This document shows, in pieces, positions 63,116 through 64,000 of a DNA stretch of 64,000 bases. Source of the stretch: an uncultured Spirochaetota bacterium (GTDB taxonomy: Bacteria > Spirochaetota > Brevinematia > Brevinematales > JAOACQ01); assembly GCA_963768055.1 (NCBI GenBank), contig CAVYGN010000001.1, positions 608,001 to 672,000 on the forward strand. The letters run 5' to 3'. A model generated the notes under the pieces. It was given only the letters and a program-made list of their open reading frames with translations. It made no database searches and had not been told where the DNA came from. Numbering within the stretch: position 1 is the first letter of the stretch; each line of letters opens with the position of its first letter. The position numbers were made by a program, and so were the translations under genes.

Positions 63116-63706
63116 TTAATGATAAGAATTTTTAAACGCAAATTTTTCAATCGACTCGAATAATGTTTTCTGCTGGCCATGTAAGGTCTCGCTGGAATAT
63201 AAAAGAGGCACAAAAAATCCTGAAATAGATTCCTCAAAGTAGACTTTTGTATTTCCGTCAGGCATTGACTGTAGAACATGCCTGTCGATCCCCTTTGTCC
63301 ACAAAGATCTTCCAACCCACGTTAATTCGTTCTCAGGATTTACAACCGCAAATTTAGCGTTTATCTGGAACCCTTTTGATTTAAAAGACATTCGGGCGCC
63401 GGCAGATACCGTTGATTCAAGTTTGACTTCGCTGAAAGAAGGATCAATCCGGGGCCATTCCTGAAAATTGAAAAGAATATCCCAAACTTTAGCGATAGGT
63501 GCTTTAATAATACCTTCGAAGGAGGATTTAATCGCAGCCTTTTCATCAATTAGCCCTTTTTGTGCATATTCTTTGAATAATTTGTCGTAAGAAGGTCCAT
63601 TATAAAAAATCTTTCCCATAAAACCCTCCTCATTTATTGATCCTAAAAACAAAATCACAAATAATAGTAATAAAGCCCCTAAAAAAAAGTACCATTTGAA
63701 TTTCAT
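63116..63706 (-). CDS. SRPBCC family protein with an N-terminal TM
   Basis: I.API.KVW.IL...EWP..P, L.W.G. Confidence 0.8.
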   Translation of the reverse strand: MKFKWYFFLGALLLLFVILFLGSINEEGFMGKIFYNGPSYDKLFKEYAQKGLIDEKAAIKSSFEGIIKAPIAKVWDILFNFQEWPRIDPSFSEVKLESTVSAGARMSFKSKGFQINAKFAVVNPENELTWVGRSLWTKGIDRHVLQSMPDGNTKVYFEESISGFFVPLLYSSETLHGQQKTLFESIEKFAFKNSYH

Positions 63707-64000
63707 AGCTTTACTTCTTTATCCGATATTTCCCAAATAACACACAACACTCTCCCGTTTGAGAGATTATTTTATTATGATAACAGAAAACATTCTTGTC
63801 AATGTCAAAATCAGGTTTTCTTTCCATAAAATCACTTCAATATTAACATAAAATCAGATTTCAGGCGATTTCCTGATAACCTTTATACAAAAAGGGGATA
63901 GTAACACCTTGTAAAATCTGATATCGAATGATAGTGTTAACCAACGCCAAACAGTAACCTTAATCTATGTAATCTATCAAAGATAGCAGCAAACAACCCT

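Overview
AT-rich bacterial accessory region. The lipoprotein and glycan-binding protein types suggest a spirochaete, but that is inference only. Left (1-5.8 kb): a pabB/pabC-like pair, then a row of small stand-alone enzyme genes, one of them split by an IS3. About 5.8-30.8 kb: an island ending at a tyrosine integrase next to the 3' end of tRNA-Ser(CGA). It holds a defence-like block (PD-(D/E)XK-like gene hit by IS4, Sll1717-type ATPase, TM-GAF-CBM48 protein, TIR protein, Type IIG R-M plus Schlafen/AlbA_2 gene, and a tightly coupled Panacea / membrane / PD-(D/E)XK / Zn-TIM-barrel operon) and a phage-like early module (degenerate amidoligase, DUF932, RecT/Bet, Gp157). Right (31-64 kb): a mosaic of three paralogous lipoproteins with swapped carbohydrate-binding tips, Rhs remnants, IS1380/IS5/Tn3/IS30/IS21/IS3 pieces, a two-component system with macAB-like genes, vapBC, and a second row of small enzyme genes. 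Best candidates for something new: (i) the 4-gene Panacea-led operon at 20.9-23.8 kb; (ii) families of conserved promoter-bearing intergenic repeats that precede unrelated cassette-like genes; (iii) an IS30 shell whose transposase core is replaced by a passenger gene. Several single-base frameshifts and a C-depleted tandem copy suggest some assembly error. I saw no CRISPR array, rRNA or reverse transcriptase.
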